NCBI GenBank assembly: GCA_013239625.1 | Contig: MU053823.1 | Location: 503,565-567,564, forward strand | Source of the DNA: Lama guanicoe | Taxonomy: Eukaryota | Direction of reading: 5' to 3' | Length of the DNA stretch: 64,000 nt | Shown: in pieces, positions 12,756 through 25,575 of the stretch | Numbering within the stretch: position 1 is the first letter of the stretch | Layout of the letters: each line of letters begins with the position of its first letter | Position numbers and translations under genes: made by a program | Notes under the pieces: model-generated | Databases searched by the model: none | The model's input: only the letters and a program-made list of their open reading frames with translations | Told to the model about the DNA's origin: nothing

Positions 12756-14951
12756 CATTCTAAATCTGTGAGCTTACTCCATTCCTTTCGCCTAGCTTTT
12801 TGCTGCGCATTTTAAATTGACTTAAAATTGAGTGCTATGAGCTTTTAAATACGGTCTGTGTTTCTGTTCCAGGACCTCTGGGCTAGCTAACTTGGTAGTG
12901 TCCTTGTTATCAAGTTAATTTCCCACAAGACAGAGGAATCCACGTAGATGGGATGTTTTTTGAGAAACTGAATGTCTAAAAACATTTCCACACTTACTCA
13001 GTAGTTTGGCGAAATACAGGGTTCTAGATTGGAAATCATTTTCCTTTAGGATTTCGAAGCTGTATCTCCATTAACATCTTGCATCCAGTGTTGCTGTTAA
13101 GGAACCTGAAGCCAATATATTTCCTAATCTTAGTTTCTCACTTTCTTACATTTTCTATTTTACATCTGCTGGTGGTTTTGCTTTACTTACTAAGGGAATA
13201 CCTTTGATTTTATCTTCAAACTCTTCTTGTTTCTGATATCAAACTTCTAATTTCCAGGTAGTCTTTGCTTTCTTGAGTTTTTCCTTTTATTAAAACTTCA
13301 TGCTGTTTCTTTCAAAAATATTGTATGATTTTTTTTATCTCTGGAAAAATCAGTGGTAGTTTTATTTATGAATTCTTCTATAGTCTTTTTTCTAGTGGCT
13401 TCATTCCATTTGGCTTATTATCTCATCTTTCATACTACTGAGATGTTAACTAAAGAGTTATCATTTTTAAAGATTTTTATCTGCTCTTTTTAAGCCTATT
13501 TAGGGGTGGTGTCTTCTTGTCTCAGTATTTCTCCCTTCTGTTGCTTTGGGCTCAGCTGCTATCACATCTCCACCTCTCGCCTATTTTCTTTTTTATGATT
13601 TATTTTGGAGGGGATAATTGGGTTTATTTACTTATTTATTTTTAGAGGAGGTACTGGGAATTGAACCCAGGACCTCAGGACCTGTGAGTGTTGAGCATGC
13701 TCTCTACCACTTGAGCTATCCCCTCCCATCTCTCACCTTTTTCTTAAACCTGGATTTCTTGAGTGAGAGTCTGTGTCGGCCCTTTCCACCATCTCACCTT
13801 AATCTTAAACTTCCTGCAATCTGATTTTTGCCCTCACTCCGTGAGGGCTGTCTCAGAGACAGCAGGGCTGTAGGAGAGTCAGCTGTGCAAAAGGGGGTCC
13901 AGCTGAGAGCAGGAGCACTGGGGACTGGCATCAGGAGAGCCCCGAAGCCAAGTCCTCCCATTTGAGGACACGTGGAACCACCTGGGCCCCAGTCTTTTGA
14001 TTCCAGGTGAGAGCTCGACAGCTTCCATTCACAGCTAACAAGTTACCAGCTGCTGCTGACGCCTGTCCAGGGCGCACACTACTGAGAACCACTTGAATAA
14101 AGTGTTGTGACCTTACACTCCATCTATGCCCTACAGAAACATTGCTTGATTCTAACTTCAACATTTGCTTTTTACTAAAAACTAAAAACAAACAAGATTG
14201 CTTTTGAGGACTTCCTCATAGTTTCCAGCTATCAGGGGCATGGGGGAGGTTGCTCATTGAATAAATGGGAAAAAGAGAAGAGGGGGCAGCTGGGGATCTT
14301 CTCTCCCACCTTCTGCAGAAAATCGGCAGTGAATGGCGGTGCTCTTTGCCAGAATTCAACACAAGTTTATTTGGGGGGGGGATGAGTGGAGGGTGGCAAT
14401 TCATAAATTTCGTTAATTCCAGTTGCTGACAAATGTTAAAGGCAATGCAACTTATAGTCTATAAAACAAACTAAAGTTACAGATCCAAAATATACATTCA
14501 TAAACTATCGAGGCATTAAATTGCTTATAACAGAACTTTTCTTTCTCCTCTCCTTTCCCTTCCTAGCAGACTTCTCCTTACTAGCATCCAAAGCTTTAAG
14601 AGGAGTCAGGCCAAGAAAACTAAGGAAACTTGCTTGGTTAACTCAGCTGGGAGCTGATCTGCAGCTGGAGGAAAACTGCCCTGTCCCCTCCGCTCTAGAA
14701 CACCCAGAAGCCCAGTTCACAAACCAGAAGCCATCTCCAGAAGTAAAGTTTGTAAAAAAAAAAAAAAAAAAAAGCCAAAACTCTTTATTTTTAAGACAAC
14801 CTCAGGAGGACGCAACCACAGAGGCTCTTTATTAAATTTCCAGACTACCTGACGGAGGGCATGATTATTTTAATGCAGAGCAGATGAAGAATTATCCTAT
14901 TATCCACTAATAGGACCACACCCGCTCCCTGTATCTCTTTACTCTTTACTC

Positions 14952-14993
14952 ATTTGCATTAAAATAGGCCAGCTGATTGGCTGACCCATTGTT
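14952..14993 (+). promoter_or_regulatory. DPPA3 proximal promoter motifs: octamer, inverted CCAAT box, SOX site
   Basis: ATTTGCAT 14952-14959, ATTGG 14976-14980, CATTGTT 14987-14993, about 200-240 nt upstream of the DPPA3 ATG. Confidence 0.55.
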
Positions 14994-15190
14994 TTTAAGA
15001 GGAAACTTGACTTAGGTGTTTAGGTTAGGTTTTTCTCCCACCAGCTTGTGTTGGAGTTTGGGTTTCTCTTGCCCGTTGTTGGTGCCATTGTTCTTCCAGG
15101 CTACTTGGCAGCAACTTGGGGGTCTAAAGGGTCACCTTCCACTGGAACCCAAAGATCCAGGAGGAGCTTCAAGTTGTGGCTTGGCTCCCA

Positions 15191-15272
15191 ATGGATTCGT
15201 CAGAGCCTGACCCCACCTGGACCTTGGAGTTTGCTCAAATGTCCATGGATGAGAATTCCCAGGAAGTACCAG
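15191..15272 (+). CDS. DPPA3: DPPA3 (STELLA/PGC7) coding exon 1
   Basis: MDSSEPDPTWTLEFAQMSMDENSQEVP, 82 nt, donor AG|GTAAGC in phase 1. Resembles DPPA3 N-termini (human MDPSQFNPTYIPGSPQMLTEENS). Confidence 0.9.
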
Positions 15273-17288
15273 GTAAGCCAGACCTGAGGACAGGGAGTTG
15301 GGGAAGGTGAGAGGCTGCCTTCCCTTTTCTCTCTACTGACTTCAGTCTTTTAAGGAGAAGTGCAGTTAAGGAAACCTTTTTGGAGCAGAGGAGGGCCAGG
15401 GAACGTAGGGCCCTCCAGTGGGGGTAAAAAAAGAGGCAAGAAAAGTCGAGGAGAGGTGTCAGGAATACGTCAGTCGTTTCAAGCCCGTTTTCTGGGGAAA
15501 AGCCATCCAACTTCTCCTAGACCAAGTGGCTCAGAGCATCTTACATGATCAGTATTTTCATCAGCCACACACGTCAGCCTTGTAAAGGGGCCAGAATACA
15601 AGACCTAAACTTTCAGGTTAACCTAAAGCGTTTCTTAATTTCACCAATGTTTTTGGGACTGGTGTTCCAGCTAAATTTACCCTTTAGGAATGTTAATAAA
15701 ATAGGGAAATGGCCTTTCAGACGAGACTGAAGAAAGGGGTGAGTTTATAAAAGCCAGTGAATGCTCTGTGATGTAAATTTGCAGGAGGGACACTGGAGGT
15801 CTTAGAAACTGCTCCAGGAATACTGCCAATCAGGTCCCCACTTTTCTGGGTTCTCTTCTTGGAGCCCCACATGATCAGAGGTCTGACCCATCTGGTTGGA
15901 AAACTTAATACCCTGACTTAGGGCGGGGACAGGTGGTGTAGGGTAGTGATGGTGGGTGACCAGGAGCCACACCCCAACTACCCTCTGGGCAGCTAGGAAG
16001 CTGGGAGGGTCCTCGCTGACTTCTAGTCTGCCCTCTGCCCCCAGCCTCCAGACGCAGACAGTCTCCCCTGCATCATGAGGTTAGCATGTAGACAAGGGGG
16101 AAAAGGTATTTACGAAGAGCATATCAGCATAATATGCAGAGTCTCTTCCTTGAATCTGATTTAGTAACTAACAATTCCACAACCGGGGATCTTTTATTTC
16201 CCTGCGTACAATTCCATAGAAGTTGAATGGATCCTTACTCTTGAGATGTAATACTTTCACATACAGGAGAAATTAACGTTAGCTGCCTTATTGTATGAGA
16301 TGAGTATGTATGGAATTTGCTTAATGGTTTGGATGGGAAGAGGTAAGAGTGAGTGATTTCCCAAAATACTGGGTTTGAGTGGAAAGATCTAATAGCATGA
16401 AAAAGCTGAGTATAACCGGAGAGGGTGATGGCCACTCGGACGTCCTAGTCCTGCTTAAGGATGGGGATTGGGGAGAAACTTGTATTTGGGGTTCCTTTGT
16501 TTCATAGGTGTAGGTTTTTTCCCCCCAGAAAAAAAAAAAAACTTAAAGAGGTTTATAATTGTTATAAAGTTGAACTGCTGAAACTTGTTACACTGAATCA
16601 TGTTGACTTGCAGCATTAGGGCGTTAGGTCCCTGCATTATACATGCATTAAAAATTCATCTTGTAATAATATATAATGGAACCTACAGGAACTAACATTG
16701 GGTTTTTGTCTGTTTGTTTTTTTAATGGAGGTGCTGGGGATTGAACCCAGGAACTCCTGCCTGCTGAACATGCACTCCACCACTGAGCTATATCCTCTCC
16801 CCAAAACTAACACTGTAAATCAACTATACTGAAAAAAAAATTTTGATTCACACAAATGAAAATGGAAAAACTGCTAACATCTGAGTTCTGTCCCCTGATT
16901 TTTCTGATTGGAATCATACTTAGGTAACTTTTGACCCTATGAGAAAACATCTAGCATTCAGAACTACCAATGACATGAAAAAAAAATTGTTTTGATAAAA
17001 AGACATTTCCCATCATAGTGGATTTTTTTTTTTAATGGAGGTCCTGGCACGTGAACCCAGAACCTTGTGCTTGCTGAGCATGTGCGCTACCACTGAGCTA
17101 CACCCTCCCCCACATAGTGGATTCTTAAGTCTGCTCTCAACCAGCGGCATGTAAGATCCTCACCCTGAGGAACTTCCTACCGGCCTTGTTGAGCTAGTTG
17201 AGAGGAGGCGTCGTTTGGGCGTGACAAGAGTTGACTTCTGGATGTTGCAATTCGCCTTAATGGATCTGAACTTTCTCTTTTCTTTCAG

Positions 17289-17527
17289 CTGCTTCTCAAT
17301 CTATCTCCGAAGTGTTGGCAAAGAACCTTAGTAATCTGACTCTCACCCCTAGCACCGTATTGCCTTCCCATCTACCAGACCAGCCACGGCAAGAGAGTGG
17401 ACGGACGCTTGGTAAAGGCATACTCTACAGGAGGAGAGGGGCCAGGACATTGCTAACTGCTCGGCAAGAAAGGATGGAAAGGATGATTCAATTTATTAAA
17501 AACCGGTACAGCAGACCATTTCCTATG
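17289..17527 (+). CDS. DPPA3: DPPA3 coding exon 2
   Basis: Polypyrimidine tract and TTTCAG acceptor; encodes AASQSISEVLAKNLSNLTLTPS...LYRRRGARTLLTARQERMERM...PFPM. KNLSNLT and RRG-RTLL are DPPA3 hallmarks. Donor ATG|GTGAGT; 239 nt, phase 1 to 0. Confidence 0.95.
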
Positions 17528-17751
17528 GTGAGTTTATGCCCAGCTCTAGAGGGTGGGGGGCACTCAAATCGACTAAGATGTTACCAGTGAGGAGCAGCAG
17601 TCACCTACAACTGTACTCAGGAAGGCAGGATGTGAGGAACACTCGGTTCTTCAAGATTCTCCACCTTCTCTTATGGTAGACGTGTAGCATTAGTGATCTG
17701 AAGTTTTCTTCATAGTTTATAATATTTCTTTTTTTTCTCTTTCCTATGAAG

Positions 17752-17790
17752 TCACGGTCTCAAAGAGAACCACGGTCCAGGGATGTTGAG
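17752..17790 (+). CDS. DPPA3: DPPA3 coding exon 3 (short)
   Basis: Long pyrimidine tract then AAG|; SRSQREPRSRDVE; GAG|GTAAAT; 39 nt, phase 0-0, fitting the short third exon of DPPA3. Confidence 0.8.
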
Positions 17791-18693
17791 GTAAATAGAA
17801 ATTCTCTCACTATACAAGTGGGTGGGTATCTGCTGTTTGGGGAGAGGGGGAAAGGCAAATTGCTTTGGACTTTCTGAATCTCCAGAACTCTGGAGCAATC
17901 AGTTCCTATGTGTACTTTAAGAAAAATAAAGTCTATATTTTTTGAGCACTCTTAGGTCTCCAGCAAAACTGAGCAGAAGGGGCAGAGTTCCCACACATTC
18001 AGTCTGCCTCTCCCAGTTAACAGTGTGGAACCTATAGGGACACGTTGTTATCCCTAACGTCGAGGCTTGGTTTCCAGTAAGGTTCACTCTTGGTGTCACG
18101 TTGGTACTTTTTCATGTGCTGTCACAAACATGAAGCTGAACACCCTGAAAGAGGAGAAACCTGAGCACAGAAAAGTCCAGATTTACTTTTTGGTGGGAGG
18201 TGGTAATTAGGTTTATCTTTTACTACTTTTGGTGGAGGCAGATTGAACCCACAACCTCACGCATGCTAGGCACGCACTCTGCCACTGAGCTATACCTTCC
18301 CCTACTTTTTCCTCTTTAAAATTGATGTATAGTTGATGGACAGTATTATAAGTTGTGTGACAGTGATTCACAATTTTGAAAATTTATACTCCATTTATAG
18401 TTATTGTAAGATATTGGCTCTGTTTCCTGTGTTGTCCAGGAACGTACTGACGTTGCCATTACAGAATGACAATCTGGCGTTCTTTTGGCAGCCATACAAT
18501 TCAGTCCTGCCTCCTTTTTTTTTTTTCCCCCTCAAAAGAAGTTTTTTCGGTCCTGACCATTTTTTAGTGTTCTACATACCAGAGGTCATAATAACAGGCA
18601 ATACTGGATTTGAGGATTGCTAACATCTCTTTGTACAATGAATTTGTTATTTTAAATTATTAATCAATTAATCCACTTCATTCTTTTTTCCAG

Positions 18694-18780
18694 ACCCAAT
18701 CAAGAGTGGAAATATTTAGATGTACCTGTAATTACTGCCTGTATCATCGAGATCTTTCCCAGGATACTTATGAGAATTAA
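18694..18780 (+). CDS. DPPA3: DPPA3 coding exon 4 to stop (total protein 148 aa)
   Basis: TTTTTTCCAG| acceptor; TQSRVEIFRCTCNYCLYHRDLSQDTYEN*. FRCTCNYC matches the DPPA3 F-x-C-x-C-x-x-C motif (human FKCPCSFC). Confidence 0.92.
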   Translation, partial: TQSRVEIFRCTCNYCLYHRDLSQDTYEN

Positions 18781-19260
18781 GACACAGAGTTGGTTGAGCT
18801 GTAAACCTTATTATTCTATTTTTTTCTTGGTAGTAATTTTAGGATCATTATGAAGCAGCTTGGGAAAGCTACTCTGAGTTCGGACAGACTGTGTACCAAT
18901 ATTTTGATAATTTATATTATATAAGTCCTGTGATGTGTCTCCCTCTCTCTCTCTCTCTCTCTTTTTTTTTTTTTTTTTTTTTTTTTACTATCTCGATACA
19001 GATAGCTTACAATCTGTAGTTTGCATCTGAATGACTTGGATATACTTTAGTTCCATTTTTTGATTTAACACAAAGAAGCACTAACAGATCTCAAGTACTG
19101 CCTGTTTTAGAAGCCTGAAGTCAGTAAGGTGAAACCCAATATCAAGAATTTGAAACAAATTAGCTTGTGTGGAAGGACTGTCAAGAAAGGTGGTTTGGCC
19201 AGAGCATTAATAGAGCAGTGGGTATTAACTAAATTCTCTGGTTTTCAAAAATTGAATTAT

Positions 19261-19266
19261 AATAAA
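19261..19266 (+). terminator. DPPA3: Probable DPPA3 polyadenylation signal
   Basis: AATAAA ~480 nt after the stop, followed by T/GT-rich downstream sequence. Confidence 0.55.
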
Positions 19267-20190
19267 ATTTTTTTGGTGTACTGTTTCAATTTGTGTGTGT
19301 GTGTGTAAAAATACCTTTTTTTTTTTTGCTATTTCAGTTTTCAGTAGCAAATATGTATAGAGGATCTTACTAAAATTTGAGTACCTTAAAAAAAATTCTT
19401 ATTCTTTATTCTTATCTATTTCCGACTTGTTTTTGCTAGCTAGGTATTAAATGAATACTAATTCTTACCCTTACCACATTCCTAGGATGTAAATATCTGG
19501 CATTCTAATTTTTTTGTGGTATTATTCTATTGGGAAGGAATTTAATACATTTGTTCAATGAAATGGGTTCTGTAAACGGAGGTTGACTCAGTCAAGTAGC
19601 CCATATCCTCCCCTGTTCTTTTTTCTTGAAATACTGCTTGCCTCATTCCATTTCTTTAAGGATACTGTATTGTTCTAATGTTGTAAATGCTGAATGTTGT
19701 TAAGATTTGAGGCCAACTTGCTCCCCACACCCCTCCTAAAATGTCTTTTTTTTTTTTGCTTGACTGATCAAAAGGGTCTTTAACTTGGAAGATCCTTACG
19801 TTTGCTAGAATATCTCTGTTTTGATCATTCTGGACCATTTCCTCTAGGAACATGGTGTGTTTTTTCAGTTGCTTCTAGTTAATTTTTCTTGAAATGGTAT
19901 CTTCAGAATTGTTCTGTTTCATTATTTGGTTTTCTTTGGGAAGTCCCATTATGTGTATTTTGAAAACTTTGGTTTTTTAAATTTTGAGGGGAGGGGGTGA
20001 TTAGGTTTTATTTTATTTAAATAGAGGTAGTGGGGATTGAACCCAGGACCTCCTGCATGCTAAGTATGCGCTCTGCCACTGAGCTACACCCTCCCTGCCA
20101 TTATGTGTACTTTGGATTGCTTTTGTCTATTTTTCTCTAATACTTTTTAAAATCATTTCCACTTAATCTTCTTTGTTATTCAAGTCTGAC

Positions 20191-20193
<3 letters not shown>

Positions 20194-20247
<54 letters not shown>
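20194..20247. repeat. Poly-T homopolymer (~55 nt); other simple repeats: (TG)n ~57-85, (CT)n-(T)n ~18940-18986, poly-T ~44967-44997, (TA)n ~51086-51111
   Basis: Directly visible in the sequence. Confidence 0.9.
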
Positions 20248-20249
<2 letters not shown>

Positions 20250-22399
20250 AAAGAATCACACTCTGGTTGGTTGGGTTTTTTTTAGTGGGGGAGGTGATTC
20301 AGTTTATTTTAATGGAGGAACTGGGGATTGAAGCCAGGACCTCGTGCTTCACACTCTACCACTGAGCTATACCACCCCCCACATACACACACTTGGTACT
20401 TTATTAGAGGGTGGTATTTAATATAATGGCTAAGAATGTGGACCCCTGGGGAAAGTGGCCCGGCCTCCAAGCTGAGCTCTGCTGCTCACTAGTTCTAAGA
20501 CGTGGGGAAAATCACTTCACTTCTCACAACCTCACTTTTCTCATCTGTGAAGGGTAGATGGTAACACTCTTTTCTTTGGGGAGAGGTAGGTAATAAGGCT
20601 TTTACTGTAATTTTTCTTAATGGAGGTGCTGGGGACTGAACCCATGCACGCTAAGCACATACTCTACCCCTGAGCTACACCCTGCCCCCCACAACACTCT
20701 CTTTTCAATTTGGTGCTTTGCCCTTCTCAGTTAAATTCAGACAGTAAATCTGCTCATGTGTGTGTCGTGGACTGGTGGAGAAAGGGTCCTGGGGAGGCTT
20801 GGCTGTCTCTTGTCAATCCTGTTTCCACACCCTGCACCGTTGCACTCCTGAATTCTGGGGGATCTAGTACTTCATGCTAGCAGTTGTGTGGAATTCTCAG
20901 TACCAAACGATTTCTTATATATTGGCTACCCCGTTCTCCTCAGACTCGACAGCAGAAGAGAGATTCACACTTCTTGGGAGAACTCACAGGTGATCGATTG
21001 CCTACCCATCCAGGTACCTTCCTTAGACTCCTTTTTCCTCCATAAGTACTTGGCTTCTTCCATTTGGGGGCCAGAAAGAGCTTTCTACTCTAGTAGTTAC
21101 CTGCATTACAGTCCCTTCCTTTGCAAATTGTCTTAGAATGAATGCTTCCTTATCCAGGGGGTCCAGTTTTTTTTCCCTTCCAAATTTGAACTCGGAAATT
21201 CTAGAAAAATTGAAAAGCAACAACAAACACCTGTATATTCTCCACCTAAATTCACCAATTGTTTGCATTTTGTTGTATCTGCCTTCCTTTTTTGAGATAG
21301 AGGCATCGTATACTTTATCCCTGAATAACTCAGTTTGTGTCATCCTGAAAGAAAGACATCCAACAATATGTATATCTAATTGATACATTGTCTAATACAC
21401 AGTAATGTCCCTCATAGCTTCTCTCAAAATCCAGGATCCAGCCCAGAACCAGTCATTGCAGTTAGTGCTCCTCCAAAACGCCGGAGCAGTCCTGAGTGCA
21501 GTGCCTCTCTGGCAGTGCTGAAGAGTCCAAGCCGCAGGACCCCCTGCTGTTTCTGCCCCTAGGGGCCCCGGTTACAATATCCGTGAAGAGCTAGGCCTCC
21601 TGAGTTGCTCAGCCTGCATTCTGACCCGAGCCCACGGTTTAACTGGTGATTTGGGGCAAATTATTTATCTCATCCTGTCCCTCAGGTCAAACACGGGCAA
21701 GGACACCGCCCAGGTGACGTCTCCTCATTGCACTGCGTCATGAGGCATTTCGTCAGTTTGTTTCATTACTGGTGGTGACATATTTGCTCGCGGGATCGAG
21801 GTGATGCTTACCTCTCTGTAACTAGCGGCCTCATAGATGAGAACCACCCCCTGCCCTGCCATCACTGCGGAAATTCCAAGGGTTTTAGGAACTCTGTGCC
21901 AAGAGCCAGGCACAGAGACTAGATACTTTTCACTGTCTCGTAATACTTTACGGATATTTTCTGGATGAATAAATGTTCCGTTGCATGAATAGACCACATT
22001 TCAAACAACCAATTCATTTACTTCACAGTCTGTCAGTGATTTGGGCTGAATTCCACTGGGTAGTTCTGGTTTGGACTGGATTTGACCCATCCTAGTTGGG
22101 CTCACCCTGTCTGTCTGTCCGTCTGTCTATCGTCAGCAGGGGGTTGGCTGGGGCTGGCTGGCTTATGATGGCTGTATGGGATGGCTGGGATGACGAGGGT
22201 CTCTTACTGTTCGGACTGCCATCCTCTGTGGGTTAACCTGGACTCACGTACACGGTGGGAGGAGGGTTCCAACAGTAACAAGAAAACAAGCCCTACTGTG
22301 CATATACTTTTCAAGACCCTTGTGCAAGCAATTTACCAACCGTCCGAAATGATAACATTAAAGGACAATCACTCTTACACTTAAAACCGTAGTGTTTCT

Positions 22400-22520
22400 G
22401 CCAAACGCAAGCTATGGCACACTGAGGGAATGCTACTGCCCCCTAGTGGTAAGAGGCCAGAGATGTTGCTAAATATCTAGGAGACCCAGGTCAGCTGCTA
22501 AAGGTGAGAAAACCTGATAG
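22400..22520 (+). mobile_element. MER20 (hAT-Charlie) fragment containing a CTCF consensus
   Basis: TGCTACTGCCCCCTAGTGGTAAGAGGCCAGAGATGTTGCTAAA resembles the MER20 core GCTACTGGCATCTAGTGGGTAGAGGCCAGGGATGCTGCTAAA. Confidence 0.6.
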
Positions 22521-24759
22521 AGACAATATTTTTCAGTGTCCTTAAATCCAGAGTTTTTTACTTATTTCTGTTCCCTGGAGAAATGGAGCTTAAGTCTCCC
22601 AGCACTCCATTTTTACACATTTAAAACAATTATTAGAAAGTGAAAGATAATTGCTGAGGATCAAATTTAGGAGTGATAAGAGCAAAAAAAAGCATGTTTG
22701 CATTGGGGAAAAGGATGTGTAGACTCAGGGACATGGACACACTACGTGTTAAAGGCTCGTCCACTCCAGACTTGCTTTCACACTTTCATCGTGAGTTTAT
22801 GGTAGCAGAGAAATAAAAAATCTAAATAGCAGAGGAATAGGAATTATTGCATGTTTATGTCCTGATTTATTCACTGATCTGGGGAAAACGGAGTATGATT
22901 TCAGAAACCTAAAAAAAAAAAATGAGCAAGAATGGAATCCAGAATTCAAGCATTGGAAAATGGCCAGGCAAGGAGTGGACCCTTCCTCCAAAGTCACAGT
23001 GGGAAGATGAAGTACTATGATTGTTTTCATCTTTCTTTCTTTTTTTCCTTTTTTCTTTTCTTTCATTTTCAATCAATGGCACATTTCCATGGTACAGTTT
23101 TGGGTAGTATGGCTGGGTTATCAGATAGGATAATCTGAATTGAAACTATCCCATGATAAGTGACAACAAATATACAAGGAATCTGCCAGCCACTCTCACA
23201 GTAGGAGTTCTGGGGGGAGAGTATAGAGAAGGTACTTAGCATGCATGCCCAAGGTGTCAGGTTCAATCCCCAGTACCTCCATTAAAAGTAAACAAATGAA
23301 ATAAAACTCAATTACCTCCCCACTCCCAAAAGAAAATAGCTGAAATGGATGCACCCTCCCTGGTACAGCCACTTTCTGTGCCCTCCATTTTTCATTAGTA
23401 GAATGTAGGCTCCTTGACCTTCCCTCAGTTCCAAAGGGCAGATTCGAACAGTTACTAATCAGAGAAGGGAGCTGATGCAGAGATAAGGGAGACAAGGGAG
23501 GAACAGTCAGGAAATAAGAGTGCATCACAGCGTAGGAAAGAATGTTTCATTTTTTGGAGGGGAGGTGATTAGGTTTATTTATTTTTCAGGAGGCACCGGG
23601 GATTGAGCCCAGGACCCTGTGCGTGCTACGCATGCACTTCGCCACTGAGCTAAACCCTCCCCTTGGGAAAGAATATTTTAAAAGGCTGGAGGGAAAGTAG
23701 ACATTCACCATAACTCATTTCGTGTGGTTGGATTTTTATTTTATTACTTATTTATTTTCACTTTTTTCCTCATTCTTATCTTTTTCAAACTTTCTCTAAG
23801 GAAACGAAATACATTCACTTAAAGGGGCATGCAAACTTTATGTCAAAGGCATTTGATCACAAGTTGGCAGATATAGCAGGGAAGGGATAGCTCAAATGGT
23901 AAAGTGCATGCTTAGCATGCATGAGGTCCTGGGTTCAATCCCCAGTACCTCTTCTGAAAAATAAGTAAGCCTGATTACCTTCCCCCCAGGGGGAATAAAA
24001 GCATTAAAAAAGTAATCCAAATCTTTTTTTTTTTTAAAAAGCCAAGTTGATGGATACAAATGCTGCTACTTCAAGGAAATCTGAGCCTAGGAGAAGACAG
24101 GCTTTTTTTTGCTCCTGTGTGAGAGTATATTTAAAACCATGGGGGTGTTCTTTCCACAATAAAAATAAAAATAGGAACAATGAAAACAAACCCAGAACAT
24201 TCCATGGGACAGGAGTGAAACAGTGATGTAAATGTGACTTACCAGTGTCCACGGGATCACTGATTCACATTAGTGTAATACCTGCTCAGTCCTGTGAATA
24301 AATGAACTTACACTTTTGTAAGGATTCTGACGACTTAGTGAGGAACTCTGCAGACTGCACTGACCCGAAAAGAACACATCCCAGTTGTCCACTTCGGTAT
24401 TAGAATTAAGAACAGGCTGGAGTCACAACAACGCGAATATATCTTACACTACTGAACTGAACACTTAAAAATAGTCAAAATGGTAAATTTTATGTTATAT
24501 ATTTCTATCACAATTTTTTTTTAATTTTAAGGAGATTAATGAAATGGCCAGCCATTTCATTGACAATACAGAAATATGACAATAAAAAAAACCAACGGAG
24601 TCAAAAATTGGTTGTTTAAAAGGATGAATAAAATTGGCATAACTCCAGAAAGACTGTTTATTAGACATTTTAAGAAAAGATAAGGCACAAACTCTGATTT
24701 TATGAATGAAAACACATGATAATTCTATTCATTTTACAAGCTTAAAAAATATAATAAGA

Positions 24760-25575
24760 GAACTTCCCACACTAGAATGACTATTATCAAAAAGATGAGA
24801 TAATAAACGTTGGTGAGGCTGTGGAGGAAAGGGAACCCTGGGGCACTGCTGGTGAGAAGAAAACTGGTGTAGCCACTGTGAAAAAGAGTATGGAGGTTCC
24901 TCAAAAAATTAACAGTAGAACTACCATGTGATCCAGCAATTCCACTCCTGGGTGTACAGCCAAAGGGAATAAAATCACTACCTCCAAGAGATGGCTGCAC
25001 TCCCATGTCCATTGCAGCACTATTGACAATCGTGAAGACATGGAAACAAACTAAGTATCCATTGGCAGACAAATGGATAAAGAAAATGTGATATTACATA
25101 TACATATATAGTGGAATATTATTCGGTCCTAAAAAAGGAGGAAATCCTGCCATCTGCAACCACAGGGGGGCATCACGCTATCTGAAATAAGCCAGACAGA
25201 GGAAGACAGTGTATGATATCACTTACATGTGTAACCTAAAAACATCAAACTGATGGAAGCAGAGAGCAGGGGTGGGGAATATGGGGAGATGTTGGTCAAA
25301 GGCACAACCTTTCAGTTATAAGATGAATAAGTCCTGGGGATCTAACATACAGCATGGTGATTATAGTTAACAATACTCTATTGTATACTTGAAAGTTGCT
25401 GCGTCGGTAGAGCTTAATGTTCTCACCATAACAACAACAAAATGGTAATTACATGAGGTGAAGGATGTAACTAACCTTATCGTGGTAAACACTGTGCAAT
25501 ATATACCTGTATCAAATCACCACACCTTAAACTTACGCAACGTTATATGTCAATTATAGCTCAATAAAAGCTGGG
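24760..25575 (+). mobile_element. LINE-1 3' portion (end of ORF2 and 3'UTR; L1MA/MB-like)
   Basis: Typical motifs GATCCAGCAATTCCACTCCTGGGT, AATGGATAAAGAAAATGTG, GAAATAAGCCAGACAGA; terminal CTCAATAAAAGCTG. Confidence 0.85.

Noticed and set aside
24734..25072. 112-aa - strand ORF
   Set aside because: Antisense reading of a LINE-1 fragment.
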